Below, in pieces: positions 1 to 9,255 of a stretch of 64,000 nucleotides of DNA. The stretch's first letter is position 1. Every line of letters starts with the position of its first letter. This DNA is from Actinomycetota bacterium (GTDB lineage: Bacteria; Actinomycetota; Actinomycetes; Nanopelagicales; Nanopelagicaceae), in assembly GCA_009700025.1 (NCBI GenBank), contig WLMW01000002.1, positions 9,411 to 73,410 of the forward strand. The letters are read 5' to 3'. The position numbers and the translations under genes were made by a program. The notes below the pieces were generated by a model. It had not been told where the DNA came from and did not search any database. It saw only the letters and a program-made list of their open reading frames with translations.

Positions 1-110
1 GGGGGCAGTTTCGAACCAGTTTTATAACTGTCACTTCTCATCTTATTTTCTAACTGAATTCGAATCTCTTCATGCTTAGGAAGTTTTTTAGCTGCAGTCA
101 GCGCTATCAC
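1..110 (-). CDS. GntR-family transcriptional regulator, N-terminal part (runs off window start; not in ORF track)
   Basis: Manual translation from GTG at 110: (M)IALTAAKKLPKHEEIRIQLENKMRSDSYKTGSKLP..., which fits the GntR wHTH start pattern P-x-Y/H-x-x-I...G-x-K-L-P; SD-like AAAGGGG upstream. Confidence 0.75.
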   Translation of the reverse strand, partial: MIALTAAKKLPKHEEIRIQLENKMRSDSYKTGSKLP

Positions 111-150
111 GGGATACCCCCTTTGGCTATTTGTTGGAATGAATCAAACC

Positions 151-170
151 AAATGTTCGTACATTTGTCA
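151..170 (-). promoter_or_regulatory. Candidate GntR operator within the GntR promoter
   Basis: Inverted repeat AAATGT-tcgt-ACATTT (151-166) overlapping a minus-strand TTGACA (165-170). Confidence 0.45.
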
Positions 171-265
171 AGGTAAAAGGCACTCATCCGATGCCTCCTT
201 TCTGGGCAGGCCTGGAATGCCTCATCATGCAATGGGTAGATCTCTCGCACATTAGGATTTTACAT

Positions 266-601
266 ATGGCAAAGCAATCCCCCGCAAAAACTAAAAAGTT
301 AGCAGCTGAAGCTAGGAGGGCGGGCGCTGCAAATCGCGCAGAGAAAAAAGCGCACAAAGAATTCCACCAATCAAATTCTGCGCAAGTCTTGGATGCCTAT
401 GAAGCCGTCGATGGCGAGTGGCGAGAAATTGGTTTATCTGCCCCCGCAAGAAAAGCTCTCGTCGATGATGGATTATTTACTTTAAGTGATCTGCGAAAGG
501 TTTCACTTGCCGCAATTAAAGAGCTACACGGAATGGGACCGAACGCGATCAGGGTATTAATTGCCGAGATGAAAAAGGCTGATTTATCTTTTAGAAAATA
601 A
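266..601 (+). CDS. Small protein with RNA polymerase alpha-CTD-like/helix-hairpin-helix domain
   Basis: GLSAPARKALVDDG..TLSDL...LHGMGPNA motif; start moved to ATG 266, with TAGGAT -10 box 7 nt upstream. Confidence 0.7.
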   Translation: MAKQSPAKTKKLAAEARRAGAANRAEKKAHKEFHQSNSAQVLDAYEAVDGEWREIGLSAPARKALVDDGLFTLSDLRKVSLAAIKELHGMGPNAIRVLIAEMKKADLSFRK

Positions 602-1222
602 TTAGGAATTACTCAGCCGTTTAATCATTAATTTCATCTGTTCAATTTGAGCGCTCTGAGTTGAAACAATGTTTTTGCCAAAACTTTCAATTTCAAGATT
701 TGTAGCATCTTCAATCATTTCGCTCATATGAAGTGCTCCATCATGGTGATTAGTCATGCCTTGCAGCCACAGGAGGTTAAAATCTTTTTCTGATGCTGAT
801 TCCAAGGTAGCTAACTCGTCTTCGCTCAGCATTCCCCCCATGGAATCTCCCATTGAGTGGCCCATATCCATATCGGCATCTGCCTGTGCTAACCACGACT
901 TCATCTGAATTATTTCGGCCGATTGGCCGTCTCGAATATTTGTGGCCAGTGCAATGAGCTCTGAATCCTTTGATTTTGAGATAGCAAGATTCGAAATATC
1001 GACGGCCTGCTGGTGATGCGGGATCATCATCTGAAGAAACATTACTTCCGCACCAGATAAATCCATTGTGCGCTCAGCCTTATCTGAATCCATCATTTCA
1101 TGGCCATGCATTCCAAATAGTCTATTATCGCCGTTTCGCGCCATTCCTAAGCCGATGATGGCAATCAAGACAATAATTATTCCCAGGAGTGCTCCTGTTT
1201 TCTTGTCGATGTTAATTTGCAC
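602..1222 (-). CDS. DUF305 (CopM-like, ferritin-like) Met/His-rich exported protein
   Basis: N-terminal TM; FLQMMIPHHQQAV and MTNHHDGAL repeats. Confidence 0.85.
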   Translation of the reverse strand: MQINIDKKTGALLGIIIVLIAIIGLGMARNGDNRLFGMHGHEMMDSDKAERTMDLSGAEVMFLQMMIPHHQQAVDISNLAISKSKDSELIALATNIRDGQSAEIIQMKSWLAQADADMDMGHSMGDSMGGMLSEDELATLESASEKDFNLLWLQGMTNHHDGALHMSEMIEDATNLEIESFGKNIVSTQSAQIEQMKLMIKRLSNS

Positions 1223-1282
1223 GTTTCACCAGATTCTTGAGGGGATTTTCACTCATCTAATTTAGATAATGTCAGAAGTTAA

Positions 1283-1558
1283 CTAATTAATTACTGCAAA
1301 ACCTAACAGCCCTAATCCAATAACGATAGTTAAAATTTTTCCAATACGTGACTTCAAAAATTGTTGCGCTCCTGAAATCCATGTCAACGCTAGCAAAAGG
1401 GCACCGGGAATAATGATTGACAGACTGTGCGAGAGAACTTCATTGTGTCCGGTTTGATAGCGCAAATTAATCAGACCCACCGCGATTAAAAGATATCCAC
1501 CCATACGGTAATTGTTGATGAGATTACTTTCACTACTGTTCTTTGGTTGATTACTCAT
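1283..1558 (-). CDS. Small membrane protein, hypothetical
   Basis: Three hydrophobic segments; start re-called to MSNQPK (TAGAAT 7 nt upstream). Confidence 0.6.
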   Translation of the reverse strand: MSNQPKNSSESNLINNYRMGGYLLIAVGLINLRYQTGHNEVLSHSLSIIIPGALLLALTWISGAQQFLKSRIGKILTIVIGLGLLGFAVIN

Positions 1559-1578
1559 AGTTTCCATTCTAGATATAA

Positions 1579-1612
1579 GTAAAGGGGTGTTGGTTTCCCA
1601 ACACCCCATTAC
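1579..1612 (-). terminator. Intrinsic terminator after actinorhodopsin
   Basis: GGGGTGTTGG-tttc-CCAACACCCC stem (1584-1607), T-rich tail on minus strand. Confidence 0.75.
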
Positions 1613-1645
1613 CGATTTGATATTTAACTTAGCGAGGAAAAACGC

Positions 1646-2407
1646 TTAGTGATCGTCCTTCATTCCCTCTGCTGCTGACTTCAAACGTGCGATCTTGAGA
1701 ATCGTAAGACCGAATACGCATTTAGCCAAAACGTCAGCAATGGTATAACCAACCTGCACGCCAACGAACTGCTCTGCAGATGCCATTCCTTCTCCCATAC
1801 CTAGGATGTATGAAATTGGATATACACCCCATGTTGCGATTAGGAGAAGACGCAGGCGACCAACAGTCTCTGCTACTCCAGCTGGCTGGTTAGCCAATGA
1901 CTTACCAAGCTCTACGAATAGTACGTAGAGGATGTAAAGGAATGGAATTGTTGAAAGAACACCGTAAAGAACCTGTGTGTTCTGATCTGATGAGATTTCT
2001 CCTGGGTAACCAAGTGCGATCATTGCAGCAGAAGCTGGAACAAGGCGCATGATAAGAGAACGTGATGTAGCTTTTGCAAGCGCTAGAACTGCAACAACCT
2101 CAACAAGTAGTAGAGGTACAGTTAGTAGCCAGTCCACGTAGCGATAGGCCTCATTGAATGAGCCCTGTGCGCCAGAGATGTTGACAGACATATCTGCAGA
2201 TGATTCATTGAATGAATTAAAGATACGCATGTAGTGGTAGCCAGCGATGAAAGTAACCATCGATGACATGACTAGAGCATTGCGATACTTAGCTAGTACA
2301 CGCTGTTGTGAAACTAGTGTGTAAACCGTGCAGGCAAGCATAGAAACTAGTCCAAATGAAAATACGTTATAGACCAAGTTCCATTGGTTGCTATCGAGTT
2401 TAAGCAT
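1646..2407 (-). CDS. actR: Actinorhodopsin (xanthorhodopsin-clade light-driven proton pump)
   Basis: 7 TM; RYVDWLLTVPLLLVE (D-T-E pump motif), AGYHY His, DVLAK retinal lysine; SD GGAGG. Confidence 0.95.
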   Translation of the reverse strand: MLKLDSNQWNLVYNVFSFGLVSMLACTVYTLVSQQRVLAKYRNALVMSSMVTFIAGYHYMRIFNSFNESSADMSVNISGAQGSFNEAYRYVDWLLTVPLLLVEVVAVLALAKATSRSLIMRLVPASAAMIALGYPGEISSDQNTQVLYGVLSTIPFLYILYVLFVELGKSLANQPAGVAETVGRLRLLLIATWGVYPISYILGMGEGMASAEQFVGVQVGYTIADVLAKCVFGLTILKIARLKSAAEGMKDDH

Positions 2408-2610
2408 TAATAGATGCCTCCGTAAGTTGTTACCGAAGCCTCAGGTGAGGTTTGGACCATTGAGCATTGAGGACCTCGAGGAGCCACATTGATCTTAGGT
2501 AACGCGAATTGTGAACTAACTGAGAGTGATTCGCATCTTGAAACGCCGAAAAAAAAGGACATTTGAGACATTTTCTGCCTCACTTGTGCAATCACCCCAG
2601 AATTAGCGGG

Positions 2611-4260
2611 CTATCCCCCGTTCCAGTTTTTCATTTCTGCCGCGAATGGGTCTAACCCCATTGGGCCGATTTTCAAGGCATAGGAATGAAATTTCTTCAT
2701 ATTAAAACCGTCGCCTAAACGAGCTTTGGCCTCTTCACGGGCAGCCATCCAAACGCGCTCGCCCACTTTGTATGAAATCGCCTGACCCGGCCATCCTAAG
2801 TAACGATCGGTTTCACTGCGTGAATGGTCTTCATCGAGCAAAGCCTGCTCATTCAAAAGTTTTCGCGAACTTTCTGCATTCCAAACATTTCCATCGAAAT
2901 CGGAATAGCCAAGGTGCATTCCAATATCTACAACAATGCGAGCGGCACGAAGTGCTTGCCCTGAAAGGTAGCCCATCTCAATGCCTGGCTCATTAAATGC
3001 ACCAAGTTCATCCATAAAACGTTCGGCATACAAAGCCCAACCTTCTCCGTAACCACTAATCCATGCTGCTGTACGTTGGAAACGTGTTAAACGCTCCTTC
3101 TCAATTGTTACCGTCGCAATTTGTAAGTGGTGACCTGGAACTGCTTCGTGATACCACGTTGAAACCAAATGCCAATTGCTCACTTGGTCTTTACCAAGCA
3201 TCGGAATCCATGTTGTACCTGGACGAGATAAATCCTCTGATGGTGGGTTGTAATACGGTGCCGATGCACTACCTTCCGGTGCTAAACGTGCTTCACACTT
3301 CTTAATTCGATCATCGATTTCAAAGAATTCACCATCCAATAATGTAATTGCATTATCTGTAAAGTCCTGTAAATATTTCACAACATTTTCTTGGCCCTTA
3401 ATTACATACTTTGGATCATTATCCAAAACATCTGCGACTTCGCGAAGGCTCTTTGCACCAGGCTTTATTTGTTCTGCAATGGCCCACATGCGCGCATTAA
3501 TTGCTTTTAGGTCGGCCACGCCCCACTCATAAGTCGAACGTAAATCTAATTGTGCACCTGTGAAATAACGTGCCCAAACTGCATACCGATCTACACCAAC
3601 CGCATCAACCGGTGTTGCAATTTGCATGTAAACATCTCTTAAATAAGCAGCGGTTTCGGCCGAAGATTTCTCGGCGTCCTTTGCTGCACTGTGAATCGCG
3701 GGATATTTTTCATCCGCATCAAAGTTTTTACACATCTGACTGTAACCACCGTTTGCATAACCCTCTAACTGCTCGATAACCCCACGTACTTGGCGTTGCG
3801 CAGTTGTCTTACCGCTTTTAGCAACTTCTGCAATTGTCTCTATCCACTGCTTATGCGCCATTTCGACCGCCGCTAAACGCTTTGCAATATTTTCAAAATC
3901 AGCTTTGCTCTCCTTTGGCATCAGTTCAAATATCGAACGGATATTCGAAGGTGGCGAAGTAAGAACATTCCACAATACGAGGTTCTCTTGACTCTCATGA
4001 AGTGCAAGACTGGACTCTAAGCGCTCAATCATCACGGTCTTTGCGACGCGATCAATATCATCTATTGGTTCCACCATAGCTAATCGATTGAGCGTCCGAC
4101 GAGTTAATTCAGCACTCCGATTCGCACCTGCAATTGAAAAATCATCTAACTTGTCCTGATTTAACCCATTTCCAAGGTACGTGCATTCCATTGGACTAAG
4201 GGCGGCAGAACTATCAATAAAAGTATCGCTGATTTCGAAAATCTCTGATCTATGGCTCAT
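2611..4260 (-). CDS. DUF885 family protein (zincin-like putative peptidase)
   Basis: YHEAVPGHHLQ, EGWALYAE, RAARIVVDIGMH, PGQAISYKVG motifs. Confidence 0.9.
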   Translation of the reverse strand: MSHRSEIFEISDTFIDSSAALSPMECTYLGNGLNQDKLDDFSIAGANRSAELTRRTLNRLAMVEPIDDIDRVAKTVMIERLESSLALHESQENLVLWNVLTSPPSNIRSIFELMPKESKADFENIAKRLAAVEMAHKQWIETIAEVAKSGKTTAQRQVRGVIEQLEGYANGGYSQMCKNFDADEKYPAIHSAAKDAEKSSAETAAYLRDVYMQIATPVDAVGVDRYAVWARYFTGAQLDLRSTYEWGVADLKAINARMWAIAEQIKPGAKSLREVADVLDNDPKYVIKGQENVVKYLQDFTDNAITLLDGEFFEIDDRIKKCEARLAPEGSASAPYYNPPSEDLSRPGTTWIPMLGKDQVSNWHLVSTWYHEAVPGHHLQIATVTIEKERLTRFQRTAAWISGYGEGWALYAERFMDELGAFNEPGIEMGYLSGQALRAARIVVDIGMHLGYSDFDGNVWNAESSRKLLNEQALLDEDHSRSETDRYLGWPGQAISYKVGERVWMAAREEAKARLGDGFNMKKFHSYALKIGPMGLDPFAAEMKNWNGG

Positions 4261-4325
4261 TGGCTATTCTTATCAGCGCCTGAAGAATTTGTCGACTGAG
4301 TTCTGATTTTCGCTAGGCTTAGCCC

Positions 4326-4970
4326 GTGAGCCAGCAACCCGTTCCACCACCAAAACTGCGAGGTTGGTTTCACCTTGGTGCTACGCCAGTTGTAATTATT
4401 GCCTCACTAGTTTTATTCATTTTAAGTAAGCAATCACTTAAATTTTCAGTGGCAATCTATTCATTTACGGCAATCTTGCTCTTTAGTGTGTCGGCTATTT
4501 ATCACCGAGTTCCATGGTCGCCTGCGAAAAAGAAAATTTGGCGCCGTTTTGACCATGCAAATATCAATCTACTGATTGCTGGTTCTTACACTCCATTTGC
4601 CGTCACACTATTAGAAGGTCGTGACCGAACAATTCTTTTATCAGTTGTATGGGTCGGGGCTGGCCTAGGTGTTGCTATGCGAATATTTTGGCTGGGGGCA
4701 CCGCGCTGGCTTTATGTTGCAAACTATTTATTGCTCGGCTGGGTTGCCGTTGCTTACATGCCACAGCTCTACCGTGCTGGTGGGCTTTGGATTTTGCTCC
4801 CCATCATTATTGGAGGCTTGTTCTATTCCGTTGGGGCGATTTTTTATGCGCTCAAACGCCCTGGGCGTGAAGCAAAATACTTTGGTTTCCATGAGCTCTT
4901 CCACATTTTTGTGCTTGCAGCCTGGGTTTCGCAGTATGTAGCAATTTCGGTGGCAATTTACAGTAAGTAA
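4326..4970 (+). CDS. Hemolysin III / PAQR-family membrane protein (TrhA-like)
   Basis: SAIYH, RRFDHANI..LIAGSYTP, FHELFHIFV motifs. Confidence 0.9.
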   Translation: MSQQPVPPPKLRGWFHLGATPVVIIASLVLFILSKQSLKFSVAIYSFTAILLFSVSAIYHRVPWSPAKKKIWRRFDHANINLLIAGSYTPFAVTLLEGRDRTILLSVVWVGAGLGVAMRIFWLGAPRWLYVANYLLLGWVAVAYMPQLYRAGGLWILLPIIIGGLFYSVGAIFYALKRPGREAKYFGFHELFHIFVLAAWVSQYVAISVAIYSK

Positions 4971-5019
4971 GGCCTTGCTCTAACCTAGGGCTCTGAGGAA
5001 ATGAACTGCGGGGTGCGCT

Positions 5020-5868
5020 ATGGCGGAGAAGAGAAAATTCCTTAACTGGGTCGGCTTCAAAAGCGATGATGAAAATCAACCCTCGTCCTTTGAGCGAATT
5101 CGTGAACTTGAATCTCAATTAGTTGAACTCAGATCTCGCCGTGATATTAATGGTCTGAGCAAGCAAGAGTTTGAAATCCTTGCAACTGAAACTGCAATGG
5201 CAATGATTAGATCTGCTCAAGCTCGTGAGAGTAAAGCGAACTCCACTGCGTCACGTATGGTGGCTGAAACTAATCGCATTACGAAAGGGGAGATTGAGGC
5301 TGCCGATGCCAAAGTACGCTCAATTCTCAGCGCTGCTGAAGCGCGAAGTCGCAAGTATCTACAAACTGCCGAAGAAGAGGCTGGGGCGTTACTTGCACAA
5401 GCTGAATCTGAGGCTGAAGCTGTCATTGAGACTAAGCGCCGCGAAATTGCGTCGCTTGCAATAGCCGCAAGACGTGAAGGCGAAAAGATTATTGCTAATG
5501 CAACTTCAGAAGTTGCAAACTATCGAAGTTGGCTCAGTGGTGTGGTTTCGGAAGCTGAACGTTTGTATAAGGTTCAAACTCAATCCTTAGATACCGCCCA
5601 GAATGCAATTCATCTTTCGAGGGAACGTCTTGAATCAGCTTTTATTAAATTAGCTGAATTGCAAAAAAATGTGTTAGAAAATCTAAACTCAGATGACACT
5701 ATTATCAATTCTGGGCCAATAAGAATTGCAAGTGAAAGAACAAAAGTTGCAATTAGTGCACCTAAGAAAACAACAAAAAAGAATGTGTCGAATGCCAAAA
5801 AATCAACTAAGGCGATAAAGAAGCCAGTGAAGAAAGTTGCTTCAAAGAAATCTGCAGCCCGCAAGTAA
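5020..5868 (+). CDS. Coiled-coil protein (DivIVA/FilP-like character) with Lys-rich C-terminal tail
   Basis: Ala/Glu-rich heptad pattern; tail KKTTKKNVSNAKKSTKAIKKPVKKVASKKSAARK. Confidence 0.55.
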   Translation: MAEKRKFLNWVGFKSDDENQPSSFERIRELESQLVELRSRRDINGLSKQEFEILATETAMAMIRSAQARESKANSTASRMVAETNRITKGEIEAADAKVRSILSAAEARSRKYLQTAEEEAGALLAQAESEAEAVIETKRREIASLAIAARREGEKIIANATSEVANYRSWLSGVVSEAERLYKVQTQSLDTAQNAIHLSRERLESAFIKLAELQKNVLENLNSDDTIINSGPIRIASERTKVAISAPKKTTKKNVSNAKKSTKAIKKPVKKVASKKSAARK

Positions 5869-5875
5869 ATAAGTT

Positions 5876-7627
5876 ATGGCCACTGCTAGAGGTATCCGCT
5901 ACATCCCTGCCATTGATGGCTTGCGTGCACTCGCAGTTTTGGCGGTCATGCTGTATCACTTGGGCTACTCGTGGATACCAGGTGGTTTTTTAGGAGTTGA
6001 TCTTTTCTTTGTAATTTCCGGATATGTAATCACTCGCTTAATCTTAGATTCAATTGCACAAAGTGGTGGACTAGATTTAAGAAAATTCTATAAAGCGCGA
6101 ATTCGACGCTTACTACCACCATTAGTTTTCATGATTACTGTAACTTCAATCTATATCGGGATCTGGGCACCTGAAACCGTGCGTCGATTTGTTTCTGATG
6201 CTCCATTTGCGCTTACTGGCGCAATGAACTGGTGGTTGGTCGCACGCCATACCGATTACTTCGATTCAATTGCTCGCCCACCACTTTTACAACACACATG
6301 GTCGCTAGGTGTAGAGGCCCAGTTCTACCTAGTGTGGCCGTTAGTTTTACTGCTAGTTCTCCGATATTTAGGCAAAAAAAGGATTCCTGTCGCAGCACTA
6401 TTTATTGCCGCGATATCTGGAGTCATACTCCTTTTCATCTCATTCCAATTAGACACATCTGTGGCATCGCAAATCAGCCATGTTTACTTCGGCACAGATA
6501 CCCACAGTATTGGTCTATTTCTTGGCGCTGCACTTGCTGTTAACTGGATTCCCCAAAATCTGCAAGAAGCTGTTAATAGGCGTGCACAAGATTTTATTGA
6601 TGGCATTGGGATTTTCGGATTTATTGGAATGCTGGCAACTTTTTTATTTATAAATGAAACCGACCCCGCGCTTTATAAATTAGCTTTTCCATTAGCCGGA
6701 ATCTTTGGTTGCGCAATAATTACCTCAATCGTTCATCCGGCATCTCGATTTGCTCCACTGTTAAGTAGCAAAATCATGGTTTGGATTGGAGAACGTTCTT
6801 ACTCCATTTATTTGTGGCATTGGGTGGTTTTTCAAGTCACTAGACCTGCCGTGGATATTGAGGGTTCAATGTGGGCGTTATCTGCCCTGCGAGTTCTCAT
6901 TGTTTTTGCATTAGCGGACATATCGCTACGGTTAGTGGAATTACCAATTCGTAGCGGCTTAGTTGAATATTGGCTGCGAGGGATGAAATACCGCACTCAA
7001 CAAACTCGGCTCCGCCAGAAATCAATACTCGGTTTGTGCCTTATTTCAATTGTTTTAGTCGTCTCCATTTTAAGTCAAAATGCAATCACCAGCAGTGACC
7101 GCATTATGGCCACAATAAAAACACAAATTACTGAGGAAGAAGAGATATCCAATCTAGCGGTTGTGCCATCGGATTTAGGTGGCCTTTGGGTGACAGGAGA
7201 CTCTGTAATTCTTGGCATCCGATACGAACTCGAAAAACAATCACCAATTTCACTTGTTAACGCCCGCGTTGGCCGTCAAGCAGCAGAACTCATAGAAGTT
7301 ATGCACCATGACAAAATCAATATGCAAGACTCTACGGTTATTTTTAATCTTGGAAACAATAATAAGCTGACTGAGGCACAGGTTGCTTCAGTTTTTGAAG
7401 AAGTGAAGAACCAACCAAAAATTATTGTTGTAAATACTGCGGTTCCGCGTGATTGGCGGGTTGAGAATAATACTTTGGTTGCAAAATATGCTCAGTTGTT
7501 TGGTGCAATTTTGATTGACTGGGATGTAATCTCGCAGGGTCATCCAGAGTATTTTGCACCAGATGGAGTCCACCTTATTCCTGCAGGAGTCCGTGCCTAT
7601 GTCGACGCTATTTCCGCTCATCTTTAA
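5876..7627 (+). CDS. Acyltransferase-3 + SGNH O-acetyltransferase (OatA/OafA-like)
   Basis: IDGLRALAV, GVDLFFVISGY, HTWSLGVEAQFY; C-terminal GDSV, LGNN, DGVH. Confidence 0.9.
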   Translation: MATARGIRYIPAIDGLRALAVLAVMLYHLGYSWIPGGFLGVDLFFVISGYVITRLILDSIAQSGGLDLRKFYKARIRRLLPPLVFMITVTSIYIGIWAPETVRRFVSDAPFALTGAMNWWLVARHTDYFDSIARPPLLQHTWSLGVEAQFYLVWPLVLLLVLRYLGKKRIPVAALFIAAISGVILLFISFQLDTSVASQISHVYFGTDTHSIGLFLGAALAVNWIPQNLQEAVNRRAQDFIDGIGIFGFIGMLATFLFINETDPALYKLAFPLAGIFGCAIITSIVHPASRFAPLLSSKIMVWIGERSYSIYLWHWVVFQVTRPAVDIEGSMWALSALRVLIVFALADISLRLVELPIRSGLVEYWLRGMKYRTQQTRLRQKSILGLCLISIVLVVSILSQNAITSSDRIMATIKTQITEEEEISNLAVVPSDLGGLWVTGDSVILGIRYELEKQSPISLVNARVGRQAAELIEVMHHDKINMQDSTVIFNLGNNNKLTEAQVASVFEEVKNQPKIIVVNTAVPRDWRVENNTLVAKYAQLFGAILIDWDVISQGHPEYFAPDGVHLIPAGVRAYVDAISAHL

Positions 7628-7641
7628 TTTGCCTGAGAATA

Positions 7642-7678
7642 AATAAACCCCCACGCATTTATTGCGTGAGGGCTTATT
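7642..7678. terminator. Probable bidirectional terminator between convergent genes
   Basis: AATAAACCC-CCACGCA...TGCGTG-AGGGCTTATT imperfect stem. Confidence 0.6.
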
Positions 7679-7688
7679 AAGAAACTCT

Positions 7689-8543
7689 TTACATGAACTC
7701 TCCTGGAATTCCAAAGACGCTAGCAGATGCAATCTGTCCATCTGAATAAACAGATGAGACTCGGAACTGTGTCCAACCAGAATCTGAGCTCTTTGTGACT
7801 TCTTGTATTAGTTGATCTGCAGGAACTGTTGCGATAACAGACCAATCCCCAACTCCGTTTGCACGGATTTCAACGTTGTATCCAGTTAAACCTTCAGTCG
7901 CTGTCGATCCAACCCAACGTAGTGTCAAACCTTCTGCGCTCTTTATTGCCACAAACTTGGTAGGTGATTCAACGCTTGCAATGGCTGCTGCACTTTCAGT
8001 TGGCTCTGCATTTGCACTCTCCATTGGCTCTGCAGATTGTGAAATTGATGCAGCTGGCGTAGGAGAATCATCGTCGGTGCCTGTGCCTACTGATTTTGAC
8101 CAAACGATTGCTCCCAAAATTACGATTCCAGCTATGACCAAGAATACGACTCGACCTGAAGTGCCCTGACTTGGTGTGGCAACTGGCTTAAGCACTGGAG
8201 GTGAAATGCGTGGTGGTGCAATTTCAAAACGGGATTTGGTTGATACCGCCGCTTTTACAGAGGCTTTCTTGACAACCCGTTTGGCCGCTGCTTTCTTCGT
8301 AGTTGATTTTTTAGCTGAAGCTTTTTTGGCTACTGCCTTTTTGGTAGTTTTCTTTGCGGCAGTTTTTTTAGCTACTGCTTTCTTGGCTACTGCCTTTTTG
8401 GTAGTTTTCTTTGCGGTAGTTTTCTTTGCGGTAGTTTTCTTTGCGGTTGTTTTCTTTGCGGTAGTTTTCTTTGCGGTAGTTTTTTTAGCTACCGCTTTCT
8501 TAGATACTGCTTTCTTGGCTACAACCTTTTTCTTTACGGCCAC
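7689..8543 (-). CDS. Histone-H1-like Lys/Ala-repeat N-terminus + single TM + fibronectin type III-like C-terminal domain
   Basis: (A)KKTT/KKAV repeats over ~100 aa; TM VVFLVIAGIVILGAIVW; LTLRW...GLTGYNVE...W..IATV...QFRVSSV FN3-like pattern; SD AAGGAG before GTG. Confidence 0.7.
   Translation of the reverse strand: MAVKKKVVAKKAVSKKAVAKKTTAKKTTAKKTTAKKTTAKKTTAKKTTKKAVAKKAVAKKTAAKKTTKKAVAKKASAKKSTTKKAAAKRVVKKASVKAAVSTKSRFEIAPPRISPPVLKPVATPSQGTSGRVVFLVIAGIVILGAIVWSKSVGTGTDDDSPTPAASISQSAEPMESANAEPTESAAAIASVESPTKFVAIKSAEGLTLRWVGSTATEGLTGYNVEIRANGVGDWSVIATVPADQLIQEVTKSSDSGWTQFRVSSVYSDGQIASASVFGIPGEFM
8341..8490. repeat. Coding 15-bp tandem repeats (GTAGTTTTCTTTGCG, encoding AKKTT on minus strand)
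   Basis: About 5 near-identical copies at 8401-8475 plus degenerate flanking copies. Confidence 0.85.
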
Positions 8544-8598
8544 AATGACTCCTTGGATAGCTATGCATTCGTCAATAACGAACGGCGATAGTACAAGG

Positions 8599-9225
8599 CT
8601 ACCCCAGCCCTCCTAGGATTTCTATGACATGCGGGGCAATTGCTCGAAGTGATTTCCCGCGATGACTGACTGAATCCTTTTCTTGCGCACTCATCTCTGC
8701 CGAGGAAATTGACATTCCGAGCGGTGCAAAGATCGGGTCATACCCAAAGCCGCTATTGCCAACAGGGGCCCGCAAGATTTTCCCTTCGAACCGACCTTCC
8801 GCCAATTGTTCTCGACCATCAGGCATAACGAGAGCGGCAACGCAAATAAAATGTGCGCCTCGCTTTACATCAGGTACATCCCGCAATTCATCTAAAACTT
8901 TCTTCACGTTTGCTAAATCGTCACCATGGGTCCCCGCCCACCTCGCTGAAAATATTCCAGGTGCACCGCCAAGTGCATCGACGCATAATCCGGAATCATC
9001 AGAAATGGAAGGTAGGCCGGTCATTTTTGCGGTATATCGTGCCTTCAAGAGAGCGTTTTCCTCAAAGCTGGTACCTGCCTCTTCGACATCGACCAAGTGA
9101 GGAAATTGATCGATCCCAATTAATTCAATGGCCCCAGATGAAATAGCATCTAGAATTCTTCGAAACTCTAGAATCTTTCCAGGGTTACGCGTTGCAATTA
9201 CGAGTTTATTTGACAAAGGTTCCAC
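8599..9225 (-). CDS. rdgB: dITP/XTP pyrophosphatase (RdgB/HAM1)
   Basis: ATRNPGK, ENALLKA, DDSGL, GFGYDPIF, SHRG motifs; follows rph. Confidence 0.95.
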   Translation of the reverse strand: MEPLSNKLVIATRNPGKILEFRRILDAISSGAIELIGIDQFPHLVDVEEAGTSFEENALLKARYTAKMTGLPSISDDSGLCVDALGGAPGIFSARWAGTHGDDLANVKKVLDELRDVPDVKRGAHFICVAALVMPDGREQLAEGRFEGKILRAPVGNSGFGYDPIFAPLGMSISSAEMSAQEKDSVSHRGKSLRAIAPHVIEILGGLG

Positions 9226-9255
9226 AATTTCGCCAGCGAGAATTCAAAATACTGA

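Noticed and set aside
141-170. LexA (SOS) box
   Set aside because: Only one CGAAC half-site matches; the AAATGT/ACATTT palindrome fits better
2407-2595. 62-aa ORF upstream of actR
   Set aside because: Spans the probable actR promoter, has a weak start and no recognisable features
8176-8616. Hydrophobic AVVFF-repeat ORF (also 5610-5864)
   Set aside because: Antisense shadow of Lys-rich repeats on the opposite strand
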